A DNA stretch of 64,000 bases from Candidatus Magasanikiibacteriota bacterium (GTDB lineage: Bacteria; Patescibacteriota; Patescibacteriia; Magasanikbacterales; GWA2-37-8): the NCBI GenBank assembly GCA_963802255.1, contig CAWDHY010000001.1:28728-92727 (forward strand). The letters are read 5' to 3'. The position numbers and the translations under genes are program-made. The notes beneath the pieces are model-generated. The model was given only the letters and a program-made list of their open reading frames with translations, did no database searches and had not been told where the DNA came from. Shown here one piece after another: positions 38,132 through 47,598 of this stretch (its first letter is position 1; each line of letters opens with the position of its first letter).

Positions 38132-39400
38132 ATGGAAATACTTTTAATATCGGCATTCTTCATTTTTTCAGCCTGCCTTGCGTGGATCAATTTTCGCTAT
38201 GCATTATGCTTTTTTATTCTTCTTCTGCCGGCTTATATTATCCGTTTTTATCTTGGCCCTCTGCCTTCAACATTGCTGGAAATTTCTTTTGGCTCGCTCG
38301 CCTTAGTTTGGCTCATAAAATATGCCCGCAAAGACTGGTGTGAAATAAAAAATTTTTTTCAACAGCACAAAGTATTGTTTGTACTTATTTTTATTTTTCT
38401 ATTTTCCACGCTTATTGCCGCGTTTGCAAACCCAATCCCCCTTAAAGCGCTTGGCATCTGGCGCGCATATTTTTTTGAGCCGATAATAGTATTTTTTATA
38501 CTGGCCGGCAGAAGCAAAGAGGCGCCACCAAAAGACCTGATAAAATTTTTAGCATGGTCAACCGTCAGTATTTCATTGCTGGCGATTATCCAAAAAATTA
38601 CCGGTAACTTTTATCCGCCCAGCTTGTGGAATGACGAGTTATTCGGCCGTCCAACGTCTTTTTTTACAACTCCTAACGCTATCGGATTATATCTGGTGCC
38701 AATACTGCTGTTGCTTATTCCGTCAGTTATCCGCATACTGCAAAAAAAGCGCGAGTCAGGAGATTCATTGATATTGTTGATATTTTTAACCGGCCTGTTT
38801 GCCACGATATTATCTTTTTCACAAGGTGCTTGGGCGGCTATTGCGGTCGGCTTTATTATTTTTATTTTTTTATTTGGCAAGCGCCGCCTCGCTGTTTCTA
38901 CTTTCATTGTTCTTGTTCTTTGTCTACTGCTCGCGCCTAATATCAGGCAAGCTTTTCTTTTCCAAGATCAGGCCGGACAAAACCGCGTCACCCTTTGGAA
39001 ATATTCTACGCAGTATCTGACAAAAACTCCGACCAACTTTGTTCTCGGCTCCGGATTACGCCGTTTTTTTACTGAAGTGCAAAAACCATATTATAATGTC
39101 AAAGAAATGGAGCGCCTGATTTATCCACATAATTTATTTTTAAATTTTTGGTTGGAAACCGGCTTGCTTGGGATGTTGTCTTTTATCGGTATTCTACTTT
39201 ATCTTTTTTACATCGGCCTAAAAATTTTTAAAAAAGATCACCTACTTGGTGCGGCCATAGCCGCGTCTTTAATCGCCTTTGTCATTCACGGCCTGGTTGA
39301 TGTCCCTTATTTTAAAAATGATCTGGCTGTAATATTTTGGCTTATTGCCGCAACAATCATCGCTTCCTCCGATTTTATCAAAGAAAAAACAGCGTCTTAA
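38132..39400 (+). CDS. O-antigen ligase/polymerase family membrane protein
   Basis: Multi-TM protein with a Wzy_C-like loop (HNLFLNFWLETGLLG). Start taken at the ATG at 38132 to avoid overlapping patatin. Confidence 0.7.
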   Translation: MEILLISAFFIFSACLAWINFRYALCFFILLLPAYIIRFYLGPLPSTLLEISFGSLALVWLIKYARKDWCEIKNFFQQHKVLFVLIFIFLFSTLIAAFANPIPLKALGIWRAYFFEPIIVFFILAGRSKEAPPKDLIKFLAWSTVSISLLAIIQKITGNFYPPSLWNDELFGRPTSFFTTPNAIGLYLVPILLLLIPSVIRILQKKRESGDSLILLIFLTGLFATILSFSQGAWAAIAVGFIIFIFLFGKRRLAVSTFIVLVLCLLLAPNIRQAFLFQDQAGQNRVTLWKYSTQYLTKTPTNFVLGSGLRRFFTEVQKPYYNVKEMERLIYPHNLFLNFWLETGLLGMLSFIGILLYLFYIGLKIFKKDHLLGAAIAASLIAFVIHGLVDVPYFKNDLAVIFWLIAATIIASSDFIKEKTAS

Positions 39401-39412
39401 CGCTGTTTTTTC
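39388..39412. terminator. Bidirectional hairpin terminator
   Basis: AACAGCGT-ctta-ACGCTGTT-TTTT. Confidence 0.65.
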
Positions 39413-39429
39413 TTATTAAACCAAATTTA

Positions 39430-39888
39430 TCAGGCTTCTTCAATTTCATCCCGCTCCCGACCGCCCGCATGGACGATCTTTTTTTCATTTATCATTAATA
39501 CAGCTAGTATAATTAACGTACCGACAACTGCCAGAAAGTAGTATCTTAAACCAACTGCCATGCCTATCGCGGCTGTAATCCACAAACCGGCGGCTGTTGT
39601 TAGCCCAACAATACGGCTTTCCTTGTGCAATATCGCACCAGCCCCCAAAAAACCAATTCCGGTAATAATTTGGGCGGCAACGCGGGCCGGATCATCCGGA
39701 AAGGCGCTGACTGAAAGAATGGTAAATAAAGCTGAGCCGACTGTTACCAGCGCATATGTCCGGGCTCCTGCGGCCTTACCCAATTTTTCTCTTTGCCAGC
39801 CAATCGCCCCGCCAAGTATAAGAGCAAGTATCATCTGACCAAGAAAATAAATCTGAGGTAAAACATTGTGCCAATTATAGTTGTCCAT
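39430..39888 (-). CDS. MgtC/SapB-family membrane protein
   Basis: ILGGAIGWQRE signature. Confidence 0.8.
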   Translation of the reverse strand: MDNYNWHNVLPQIYFLGQMILALILGGAIGWQREKLGKAAGARTYALVTVGSALFTILSVSAFPDDPARVAAQIITGIGFLGAGAILHKESRIVGLTTAAGLWITAAIGMAVGLRYYFLAVVGTLIILAVLMINEKKIVHAGGRERDEIEEA

Positions 39889-39894
39889 AGAAAA

Positions 39895-40860
39895 TTATTG
39901 TTGAATTTTTTGATCTTGATATGGCGGGTACAGCTCTTTATCGATCGTACGCTCAAAACAAGTTTTGCCAACTCCGTGTTTCCAGCTCTCAGACCCGGAT
40001 TTATACGCCGGCATGGCTACGGCCGGTGAATTCATGTTATTCTCTTCGCTCACCAAATTAAATGTGGCGCACAGTTCAAATGTCTCCGATCCTTTAACAG
40101 CGTATTCAAATGCTGTGTTATTTTCCGGATCAGTCGGCACGACAAAACCACTGATCTTATCATCCAAGTCCGTTAATGTTGCCGGCAAATATTCTTTACT
40201 CCTCCAATAATTTATCACCTGCATTTGTAAGTCCTGTAAACGAATTACACGCTCATAATCAAACCGGCGCAGACGTTCTGTTTTGGGCGAGCCAATAATG
40301 AAAAAACCGGCTACAACTGCCGCTGTGACTATGGCAATAGTTGCCCAAACAAAATATTTTGTGGATTTCATCGGTTTATCGTGTTTCAATTCGCGCAAAT
40401 AGTAGAAAAAAATCATTCCGGCGACAAGCAAAACCGACAACGCTTTCAAAATAAAGCGCACTGTCATCTCGCCCTCAAGAAAAATCAGAATGGTCCTGAC
40501 CAGATCGCCGATCATAACCAGTGCCGCGACAAACAAAGTAAAATATATCAGCCATTTTCTTATTTTCATTTCGCGTATGGCCGGACTTTTCACGTAACTT
40601 TTATTTAAATATCTTGAAGTAATAATAAAAACCGGAAAGACAATTATTAGCGAAGCAATGGCAAACCTGATTAAACCGGAACTGAAAATCATCTGATAAT
40701 AATCCGTCTGAGACAACAAGTCGGGAATTAAGTAATTGATAAATTGAAAAAGCAAAATCAAAAAATTCACCGTGCTGTAATACAACATGATGATAACAAA
40801 CAAATGGAGAAAAACATGCTTGGGCGAAGCTTTTTCCTTGGAATTGGCTTCATGTTCCAT
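39895..40860 (-). CDS. Hypothetical membrane protein
   Basis: Six or so N-terminal TM helices and a soluble C-terminal domain. Confidence 0.5.
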   Translation of the reverse strand: MEHEANSKEKASPKHVFLHLFVIIMLYYSTVNFLILLFQFINYLIPDLLSQTDYYQMIFSSGLIRFAIASLIIVFPVFIITSRYLNKSYVKSPAIREMKIRKWLIYFTLFVAALVMIGDLVRTILIFLEGEMTVRFILKALSVLLVAGMIFFYYLRELKHDKPMKSTKYFVWATIAIVTAAVVAGFFIIGSPKTERLRRFDYERVIRLQDLQMQVINYWRSKEYLPATLTDLDDKISGFVVPTDPENNTAFEYAVKGSETFELCATFNLVSEENNMNSPAVAMPAYKSGSESWKHGVGKTCFERTIDKELYPPYQDQKIQQ

Positions 40861-40977
40861 ATACTTTGAATTAATTATTAACTGGGATTATATTGTATCA
40901 TTTATTGACTTTCCCGTAAAATATGCTATAATCCTTTTACTTTCAATTTTTCGGTTCGAACCTATGAGCAAACAAAT

Positions 40978-41050
40978 GGGCCGATAGCTTAGCTGGTAGA
41001 GCGCCGCGTTTGCAACGCGGAGGTCCGGGGTTCGAATCCCCGTCGGTCCA
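40978..41050 (+). tRNA. tRNA-Ala (anticodon TGC)
   Basis: GGGCCGATAGCTTAGCTGGTAGAGCG-CCGCG-TTTGCAA-CGCGG...GGTTCGAATCCCCGTCGGTCCA, with the G3:U70 identity pair. Confidence 0.9.
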
Positions 41051-41198
41051 CGAGCAATGCAACAGTTTGCATTGCGAGCGGGGATGAGAACGGCGGAGCG
41101 ATGTCGCGCGAGTTTGCTGAAGAGCGCGACCGCGAGCCGGTGGCCAGACCGCCGAGCCGGAAGACTAGGCGAGTCGAGGCCGAATCCCCGTCGGTCCA
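41033..41198. repeat. 18-bp direct repeat of the tRNA-Ala 3' end bracketing a 130-bp GC-rich spacer
   Basis: cgaatccccgtcggtcca at 41033..41050 and 41181..41198. The spacer carries two strong hairpins (GCAATGCAA/TTGCATTGC and GTCGCGC/GCGCGAC). Confidence 0.8.
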
Positions 41199-41251
41199 CA
41201 ACGCTAAGCGTTGTGATGGAGGCGATGAACGTTCCACATTATAAATAAAAT

Positions 41252-41323
41252 GCCGAGGTAGCTCAGTGGTAGAGCGAAGGACTGAAAATCCTTGCGTCGT
41301 GAGTCCGATCCTCACCCTCGGCA
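41252..41323 (+). tRNA. tRNA-Phe (anticodon GAA)
   Basis: GCCGAGGTAGCTCAGTGGTAGAGCG-AAGGA-CTGAAAA-TCCTT...CCCTCGGCA. Confidence 0.9.
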
Positions 41324-41404
41324 CAAACGTTATGCGTTGTAGTTGTGTCGCGTAAGCGACACATAAAATTTAGCACCACCGCAGTGACGGTGGTGTTTTA
41401 CCAC

Positions 41405-41478
<74 letters not shown>

Positions 41479-41536
41479 CGAAATATTGATTGAATCATAT
41501 CAATCAATATTTTTAAAACCAACAAAAGGAGGAAAA

Positions 41537-41839
41537 ATGGGAACGCGTCATGTTTTTACCTGTGGGATTACCAAAAAAACGATTGATATCAGAAAATCCG
41601 ACACGGTAATGATTGCCGGCCAAAATGAGGATGGAAACAAATTTGTGGTTTACGTTCGCATGCGGATTTTCTTCGACCGGTTCGTAAATCACGAAAACGT
41701 TCCGAATCCTTTGCCCGGATTGCGCCCCTATCGGTCAAAAAAGTTTCCGCACATCCGTTTTCTTTTCGATCCTTCACGCTTTGGCGCGAGCATCCAGTCT
41801 TGGGGTCCGTGCAAGGTCTTCACCGACCTGCTGAAATAG
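41537..41839 (+). CDS. Hypothetical protein (about 100 aa)
   Basis: ATG 7 nt after AAAGGAGGAAAA. The longer track ORF 41345..41839 is rejected because it runs across tRNA-Pro. Confidence 0.4.
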   Translation: MGTRHVFTCGITKKTIDIRKSDTVMIAGQNEDGNKFVVYVRMRIFFDRFVNHENVPNPLPGLRPYRSKKFPHIRFLFDPSRFGASIQSWGPCKVFTDLLK

Positions 41840-41931
41840 CAGTTCTGCTCCCCTTGACATTCTACAAAAAAACAGGTAAGATCCAGAGTTCTTTTCACAG
41901 GGGCAAAAATGCCCAAACAGAAGGAGTAACG

Positions 41932-42651
41932 ATGGATAGAAACAGGAAGGTCGTGCCGATCAAGCGGAAGGTGCTGGCAAAAGAGATAAAAAAGAGGGAG
42001 GAGCGGCCGGTCTGCCACATCGCCAACAAGGTGCTGGGCAGCGCCGAGTCCAGGGTCGAAATCGTCGGCCTGGACGAAACGCTCTTCATCCGCGAGGAAC
42101 TCTTCTTCAGCCAGTTCGTCGCCAGGGTTTCGGGAAAAAACGCCCGGACGAACAACAGCTACCGCAGGATCCCCGGCCTCACCAGGCATGATGGTGGTCC
42201 GGTCAAATGGCGGTTGAACCTGACCGTCTTCACAGACAAGGCCGAGAACAGCCAAAAAGAGCTCCTCGAGTGCATCTGCCGGCCGAGCTCCCCGATCGTA
42301 CGACAGCTGACCAGAGCCGACATTCTCGGCAAGTTGATTTCCGCCGTACAGATGATCGCCCCCGACAACACGGAGGTTCTCATCGACGAGGCGGCGTTCT
42401 TCACGAGAGTGGTCATCCCCTTCGCCCGCGGAGCCAATCCGCTGATCATGGCGAAAAAAATATTCGGTCTCGAGCGGGCGACCAGACACCCGGTGATCAA
42501 GTGGCGGTTCAACCTCAGCGAGTGCGTGGACATGCTCTCCGCACGCCAGATCACCGCCCTGAGCAAACTCGCCGGCGACGACTGGCCCGATTCACCGTCT
42601 CTCTTCGGAGCAGACGAGCGCAACCGGAGACGCGCTTCGGCCGGACGCTAG
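41932..42651 (+). CDS. Hypothetical protein with an internal duplication, encoded in a GC-rich island
   Basis: ATG 7 nt after AAGGAG. Repeat PVKWRLNLTVF.../PVIKWRFNLSEC.... About 58-60% GC by eye, against roughly 40% background. Confidence 0.5.
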   Translation: MDRNRKVVPIKRKVLAKEIKKREERPVCHIANKVLGSAESRVEIVGLDETLFIREELFFSQFVARVSGKNARTNNSYRRIPGLTRHDGGPVKWRLNLTVFTDKAENSQKELLECICRPSSPIVRQLTRADILGKLISAVQMIAPDNTEVLIDEAAFFTRVVIPFARGANPLIMAKKIFGLERATRHPVIKWRFNLSECVDMLSARQITALSKLAGDDWPDSPSLFGADERNRRRASAGR

Positions 42652-42682
42652 ACGGGACAAGCTGTTCTTTAATTTATTTCAT

Positions 42683-42741
42683 AACGCCGTAACGGTATTT
42701 GGCGCGATTCTTTTCCGCCGAAACCGCTACGGCGTTTTTTT
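42683..42741 (+). terminator. Intrinsic terminator closing the GC-rich island
   Basis: AACGCCGTA ... TACGGCGTT-TTTTTT (9-bp stem). Confidence 0.6.
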
Positions 42742-45712
42742 ATCCGCGTTTCCAAATACCGGAGGCAAAAGATATTATTTTTCTTGCGGCACCAATTATT
42801 ACACTCTTTTTTGCACGCCCAAAAAAACCAAGCAAGAGGGCGGTTAACCCGCCGGCTGTAGCGGTAAAATATTTTTCCGCCACTTCTTTTGAATTGTTTT
42901 GCGTCACAATCAATTCATTTTTTATAGTCTCCTCTGATAAACCAGTTACTATAATATCCGAATTACCGCGTGGCCAAACCTGAATTTCATTTCCGGACAA
43001 TTCAACTATTCCGGTTATTTCGACTTTTTCTCCTTCAGCAAATGCATTTTTATCAATGGCCGCTCCTTTTTTAAAATACACTTTTATTTCTCCGGCGCCA
43101 TTGTCTAAATACATATAACTACTTTTAATTTCTGTAATTTCACCGCTAAAATTTACCAGCGACCCGGCATGTTCTTCGTTTATTTCGTCCAGCTCAAGAA
43201 TGTTTGCCTTAATTTGCTTATTAGTTTCTAAGATATCGACCGCCTGCTGATTTTTCATTTTTACTCTTTTGATACCGCTTGCTTCTGAAATAATACCTGA
43301 TATCTCTACGGAGTCACCAAGCGCTAATCCGGGAAAATCTTTGTTATACTGATAAATTTGTATTCCGCTTATATTGTCATATATATAGAAAATTTGGCTG
43401 CCAAAAGTTGCCGGTAAGGCAACGACAATGCCACGAATAATAACACCTGCATCGGCGTTTTCTTGCCGCGCTTCCTGAATTGACAGCGGACGATAATATA
43501 CTGCCGTTGAATTATTTGTACTTTTTTTTGCAGCCAATACTCCAATAGCCGAAATATCCGGTAAAAATATATTTTCTTTTCCGGGCGAGGGTGATTCAAC
43601 CCAGCGCCACTCATCAGCAAACGCATAACTCATGCCCTCAACGCTTTTACCATACTTCACCAAATCCACCACACTGTTGTCGCGGTTAATTAGCTCGACA
43701 CGACCGCCAGTGTTATCTAGAACTAATCCCGTAGCTGCACGAAAAAATACCAGCTGTGACTGAGGATTAATAATTGTATTATCCGGCAGAACAAAATCCT
43801 TATCTTTTACTCTTAGCGCCCAGCCAGATAAATTTACAGAAATTTCAGATACATTGCATAATTCAATAAATTCTTTTGTATCAACACCGGGCGGATTGGG
43901 GAAAATTTCACATACCACGATTCCGGTCTCTCCAAGCGCCAACCCTGAGCCAACCGTAATACTGATTTCTTTCTGCCCAAAACTGCCAAGCGTGCTTGAA
44001 GCAGAAACTATAACAATGTAAGTTCCTGAAGAAGCGAAAGAATGCGCCAATTCTCCGCCTTCAGCCACATTGCCATCGCCAAAATCCCATCTAAACGATA
44101 ACATACCGCCCCGTTCGTCAGCAGAATCATCAGCGTTAAACACAACCATCTCCCCGATTTCAGCTGTCGAAGGCGCAATGATTTTCCAGACAATTCCAGA
44201 ATCGGCCATACTGAAAACATTTTCCTGTCCCGGCGTAGGTTGTGCCGTCCACACAAATGTGCCTGATGCAGTCCTGGCGAAACTTTCCGCTTCCGGAGCA
44301 CTATCATATGCAATTTTATCAATTACTTCTCCTGCCGGTGAAATTAACACGGCTTCTTCTTTGCTTGTATTGTTGAACGAAATATTTGTCGCCGAGCGTA
44401 ACCAATACACTATGCTCTGAGCCGGGAGCATGCCGGACAAGGAATAAGTTTTCACCGCATCGCCAATTTTCCAACCATTTAAATCCACCGGTTCATCCTC
44501 TAAATTTTTTATTTCAATAAATTCATCAGAAGTGTCAGACCCGGCCGGATTAGGAAATATTTCATTTATTACTACCCGGGCGGAGAAAGTTGAACTGGTA
44601 GCTATTGAAGTCGTCGCTGTTATAATTTGCTCTGTTACAGTATCTTGGGCGCTTCCATTCCCCCCGCTGGATACTGGCGGCGGGGCAGTAATCATATTTG
44701 CCGCACCCGGTGTAAGACTGGTGGTAATCACCCAGTCGCTGTCACTATCTGTGTCTAACCCATCAACCCGCCTCGCTAATGATTGCCCTTTCTTAGCCGA
44801 CAAATCGGAAGAATAATCAATTCTATCGACGATCTGCCCATCCGGATTTTTTAAAATCACACTATCTCCGCTATTATTTAAAAAACTGGAAGTCAAAAGA
44901 TCCAAATACATCCAGCCGACTGCAGAAATATAACCCGCTACCGGTTTGCACCCGGTTTCTCTGGAGTCGCAAACTACACCACCGTCCATATCAAGCGAAC
45001 TGGTTCCAGGATTAAAAAGTTCGACCCACTCACTTCCCGTTTGCGGGTCAGAAACAAATTCATTTATCCTAATCATCCCCCACAACGTCGTCGTAGATAT
45101 AACCGGAGTTGTTGTAGGGGTCGGTGTTGTCGTCGGTGTTGGAGTTGTTGTCGGCGAGATAACGCCGCTTGAAGTGGCAAAGACACTATTTATTTGCCCG
45201 ATTGTGTTGCCCGTTACATGCTCTCTCCAATTTGTATTATCATAAATAGCTTCGTACGGATTAACACGCTCCAATGAAAAACTTGGCGCGGCAATATAGC
45301 TAAATTGTTCAACAAAATTTCCATCCGCATCTTTCAGTCCTATTTCCTCCCCACTTTCACTTAAACTACCCCATGATGAATCAAAAATTGACCCTGAAAA
45401 AGCTGGATAATCCACAGAAAAAAGATCACTGTTCTGGCAAATTGCCGCATACTCTCCCGGATCAATCATGCTATCTGTGCTACTTACTGTTAAGCCATGA
45501 TTCGTGCTATCTTCCCAAAATTTCCATGCTCCTAAATCTACCGGGTCAGAACCCTTATTCCATATTTCAATCCATTCATGGCCGCTGGCTTCATACGCGC
45601 CAATTTCATTTATTATAATATCGCTATTCGCCGAAAATGCGACTGCCGCACAAACAAAAAAACCGACAATAGCCAGCGCCGATGCCGGAAAAAATTCCCT
45701 CCTCATAAGCAA
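42740..45712 (-). CDS. Large secreted surface protein with four lamin-tail domains (LTD), a PKD domain and a Thr/Pro linker
   Basis: Signal peptide. LTD repeats (INEI...EWIEIWNKG..., RINEFVSDPQTGSEWVELFNPG..., VINEIFPNPAGSDTSDEFIEIKN..., VVCEIFPNPPGVDTKEFIELCN...). PKD (FRWDFGDGN). TTPTPTTTPTPTTTP linker. C-terminal hydrophobic tail. Confidence 0.8.
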   Translation of the reverse strand: MLMRREFFPASALAIVGFFVCAAVAFSANSDIIINEIGAYEASGHEWIEIWNKGSDPVDLGAWKFWEDSTNHGLTVSSTDSMIDPGEYAAICQNSDLFSVDYPAFSGSIFDSSWGSLSESGEEIGLKDADGNFVEQFSYIAAPSFSLERVNPYEAIYDNTNWREHVTGNTIGQINSVFATSSGVISPTTTPTPTTTPTPTTTPVISTTTLWGMIRINEFVSDPQTGSEWVELFNPGTSSLDMDGGVVCDSRETGCKPVAGYISAVGWMYLDLLTSSFLNNSGDSVILKNPDGQIVDRIDYSSDLSAKKGQSLARRVDGLDTDSDSDWVITTSLTPGAANMITAPPPVSSGGNGSAQDTVTEQIITATTSIATSSTFSARVVINEIFPNPAGSDTSDEFIEIKNLEDEPVDLNGWKIGDAVKTYSLSGMLPAQSIVYWLRSATNISFNNTSKEEAVLISPAGEVIDKIAYDSAPEAESFARTASGTFVWTAQPTPGQENVFSMADSGIVWKIIAPSTAEIGEMVVFNADDSADERGGMLSFRWDFGDGNVAEGGELAHSFASSGTYIVIVSASSTLGSFGQKEISITVGSGLALGETGIVVCEIFPNPPGVDTKEFIELCNVSEISVNLSGWALRVKDKDFVLPDNTIINPQSQLVFFRAATGLVLDNTGGRVELINRDNSVVDLVKYGKSVEGMSYAFADEWRWVESPSPGKENIFLPDISAIGVLAAKKSTNNSTAVYYRPLSIQEARQENADAGVIIRGIVVALPATFGSQIFYIYDNISGIQIYQYNKDFPGLALGDSVEISGIISEASGIKRVKMKNQQAVDILETNKQIKANILELDEINEEHAGSLVNFSGEITEIKSSYMYLDNGAGEIKVYFKKGAAIDKNAFAEGEKVEITGIVELSGNEIQVWPRGNSDIIVTGLSEETIKNELIVTQNNSKEVAEKYFTATAGGLTALLLGFFGRAKKSVIIGAARKIISFASGIWKRG

Positions 45713-45713
45713 A

Positions 45714-46832
45714 TTATTGAAAATGTAAAACCACTATTTCCGGACGGTTGCCGGTACGGATAGTCGGTCCCCATGTCCCAACCCCGCTAGTAGTATAAAT
45801 TGAAAAATCACCATCAACTGACAACCCATAGTCATAACCTCTAAAAATCATCTTAGTAATATAGCCGAAAGGAAATATCTGGCCCTTGTGAGTATGACCT
45901 GACAGTTGGAGGTCTATTCCTGTCTCTTTTATTTTATCAACTTGCACAGGACTGTGATAAAGCAGAACGGCCGGCTTATCCAAATCAAGATCTTTTTGCT
46001 CATTAATAATTTTTACCAGGTCGCGACTCTCAAAACGATCAGAATAATTTAAACCGACAATTTGCAGCCCTTCCAGACTCACCGTTTCATCAGATAAAAA
46101 ACGGACCTTCGTTTCGTCGAGTATTTGCTTTGCCCTGCCAACACCAAAATATGTCTCATGATTTCCGGTAATAAAAAATGTTCCAAACTGCGCAGTTATT
46201 TTATCTAGTGGCTTCACATGAAGATTCAGCTGGCCGTCCATCCCGTCAAATAAATCCCCTGTAATAAAGACAGCCTCGGGCTTTTCATAATTAATTTTAT
46301 CAACTATCTTGTCTAAAAAGTTTTGATTAAATACGTGTCCGAGATGAACATCTGAAATATGTATAGCCGTCTTATTTTTCCAAAAATCAGGCAAGTTTTT
46401 TATAGAAATATTGACATGGCGGACTACCGGATTAAATGCGGACCACACACCCCATAATGTGAAAATAAGCGCCGCCACAACAGATAATAGACCAATAATC
46501 GCTAAATTGGGCTGAAAACCGGCTGAATTAAGCAATGCTGAGGCTACCCATCCGAGAAGCAAGGCCATAATCAGATTGACTAATAACCCCAGCCATAGGC
46601 CGGAGGTAAAATAAATCGCTCTTGTGACCATATTCTCCTTCCAGTGAGCAAGAATGGAAGCGATGATGAAACTAACAGCCAAAATAGAAATCAGAATGGC
46701 CATTGCCATATTTACGTCCGGATTGATGATCTTAAAAAAATGGCCTAATGAGTAATAAACAAAAAAATGACTGGCGAACACTATGCTAATAGTCGCTAAA
46801 ACGATAAAAATAATTGATATAACATAACTCAT
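45714..46832 (-). CDS. Membrane-anchored calcineurin-like metallophosphoesterase
   Basis: Six N-terminal TM helices. GDLFDG and GNHE motifs. Forms an operon with the LTD protein (1-bp gap). Confidence 0.8.
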   Translation of the reverse strand: MSYVISIIFIVLATISIVFASHFFVYYSLGHFFKIINPDVNMAMAILISILAVSFIIASILAHWKENMVTRAIYFTSGLWLGLLVNLIMALLLGWVASALLNSAGFQPNLAIIGLLSVVAALIFTLWGVWSAFNPVVRHVNISIKNLPDFWKNKTAIHISDVHLGHVFNQNFLDKIVDKINYEKPEAVFITGDLFDGMDGQLNLHVKPLDKITAQFGTFFITGNHETYFGVGRAKQILDETKVRFLSDETVSLEGLQIVGLNYSDRFESRDLVKIINEQKDLDLDKPAVLLYHSPVQVDKIKETGIDLQLSGHTHKGQIFPFGYITKMIFRGYDYGLSVDGDFSIYTTSGVGTWGPTIRTGNRPEIVVLHFQ

Positions 46833-46960
46833 ACGGAGTATAGTTTAGCTCAAATTCATTTTTCGGGCAAGTATCATGGATAAGAACCATACTCTCTCAT
46901 CTGTATAGATATATATTATATATTTTATGAATGTCACTTAATTATGAAATTTGTGTACGC

Positions 46961-46972
46961 TTGTGTACACAA
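46961..46972. promoter_or_regulatory. 12-bp perfect palindrome TTGTGTACACAA, preceded by a direct repeat of TTGTGTAC
   Basis: Seen directly. A DnaA box TTATCCACA (reverse complement) follows at 46987..46995. Confidence 0.5.
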
Positions 46973-47061
46973 AAGTGCATATCTCTGTGGATAACTCATC
47001 ATATATGTGGACAGCAAACGCTAAAACAGTCACTTATTTCTCTATAATTAGCGTTTTTTCA

Positions 47062-47085
47062 GTTTGTATACACTAGTGTATACAA
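47062..47085. promoter_or_regulatory. 24-bp perfect palindrome TTTGTATACACTAGTGTATACAAA (candidate operator)
   Basis: Perfect dyad, seen directly. Sits about 70 bp upstream of the consensus promoter. Confidence 0.55.
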
Positions 47086-47151
47086 AAATTTTGCAAAAAT
47101 TCATCACTTTTTGGCTAACTATAAAGAAAATACGGCATAAATCGTCCCACC

Positions 47152-47180
47152 TTGACAAGAACGCAAAATTGTGATATAAT
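47152..47180 (+). promoter_or_regulatory. Consensus sigma70 promoter TTGACA-17-TATAAT with a TG extended -10
   Basis: cTTGACAagaacgcaaaattgTGaTATAATat. Confidence 0.65.
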
Positions 47181-47187
47181 ATATTGG

Positions 47188-47520
47188 TAGTCTGATAAGT
47201 AACCGTCGTTCCTTTGCACAATCCACTACTGATTCCAAACTGCAAAAATACAAGCCGAAATACCACGATCAAAAATAATTGAAATCTTGGCATTCCGACT
47301 TCAACCAGGGTATCTCCGATATTGGCTTATTGTGTCGTATATCGACCAGTAAGTATGGAGTTCTACCCCCAAGCGGTTGGGATCATCATTCTACGGCGTA
47401 ATGCCGACATTCCCCGAAAGGGGAAAGAAAGCTTGCACGTAGACAAAAAAAGGGCCGAGGCCTTAAAACAACATTGTTATACGGGCACATCGGCCTTTTA
47501 TATTTATAAAAGTTAACCGG
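47188..47520 (+). ncRNA. Candidate roughly 330-nt structured non-coding transcript (family unidentified)
   Basis: Downstream of the perfect promoter. No credible ORF. Several GNRA-capped hairpins (CCCCgaaaGGGG, CCCAAgcggTTGGG). A second promoter follows at 47526..47554. Confidence 0.3.
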
Positions 47521-47525
47521 TTCAC

Positions 47526-47554
47526 TTGACCAGATAGCGAAAAATTTGTATAAT
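47526..47554 (+). promoter_or_regulatory. Sigma70 promoter TTGACC-17-TATAAT for the dksA-like gene
   Basis: TTGACCagatagcgaaaaatttgTATAAT. Confidence 0.55.
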
Positions 47555-47598
47555 AATTACATAGAACATTTTTGCAAGAGGCGCAAAAAAATAATCAT

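Noticed and set aside
40950-40977. cggttcgaacc just upstream of tRNA-Ala.
   Set aside because: An isolated palindrome with no acceptor, D or anticodon arm context. Not a tRNA.
41728-42623. Minus-strand ORFs (253 aa and 154 aa) in the GC-rich island.
   Set aside because: R/G/D/P-rich antisense artefacts typical of high-GC DNA. The plus-strand ORF has an SD and protein-like composition.
47048-47516. 81-aa minus-strand ORF and 64-aa plus-strand ORF in the 46.8-47.6 kb region.
   Set aside because: The first overlaps the consensus promoter and the 24-bp palindrome. The second uses TTG with no RBS. The region is treated as regulatory and ncRNA.
47188-47520. Identification of the candidate ncRNA as tmRNA, RNase P RNA or SRP RNA.
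   Set aside because: No GGAAAGUCCGG (RNase P), no GGUUCGAAUCC...CCA end (tmRNA), no SRP domain-IV motif found by eye. Left as unclassified.
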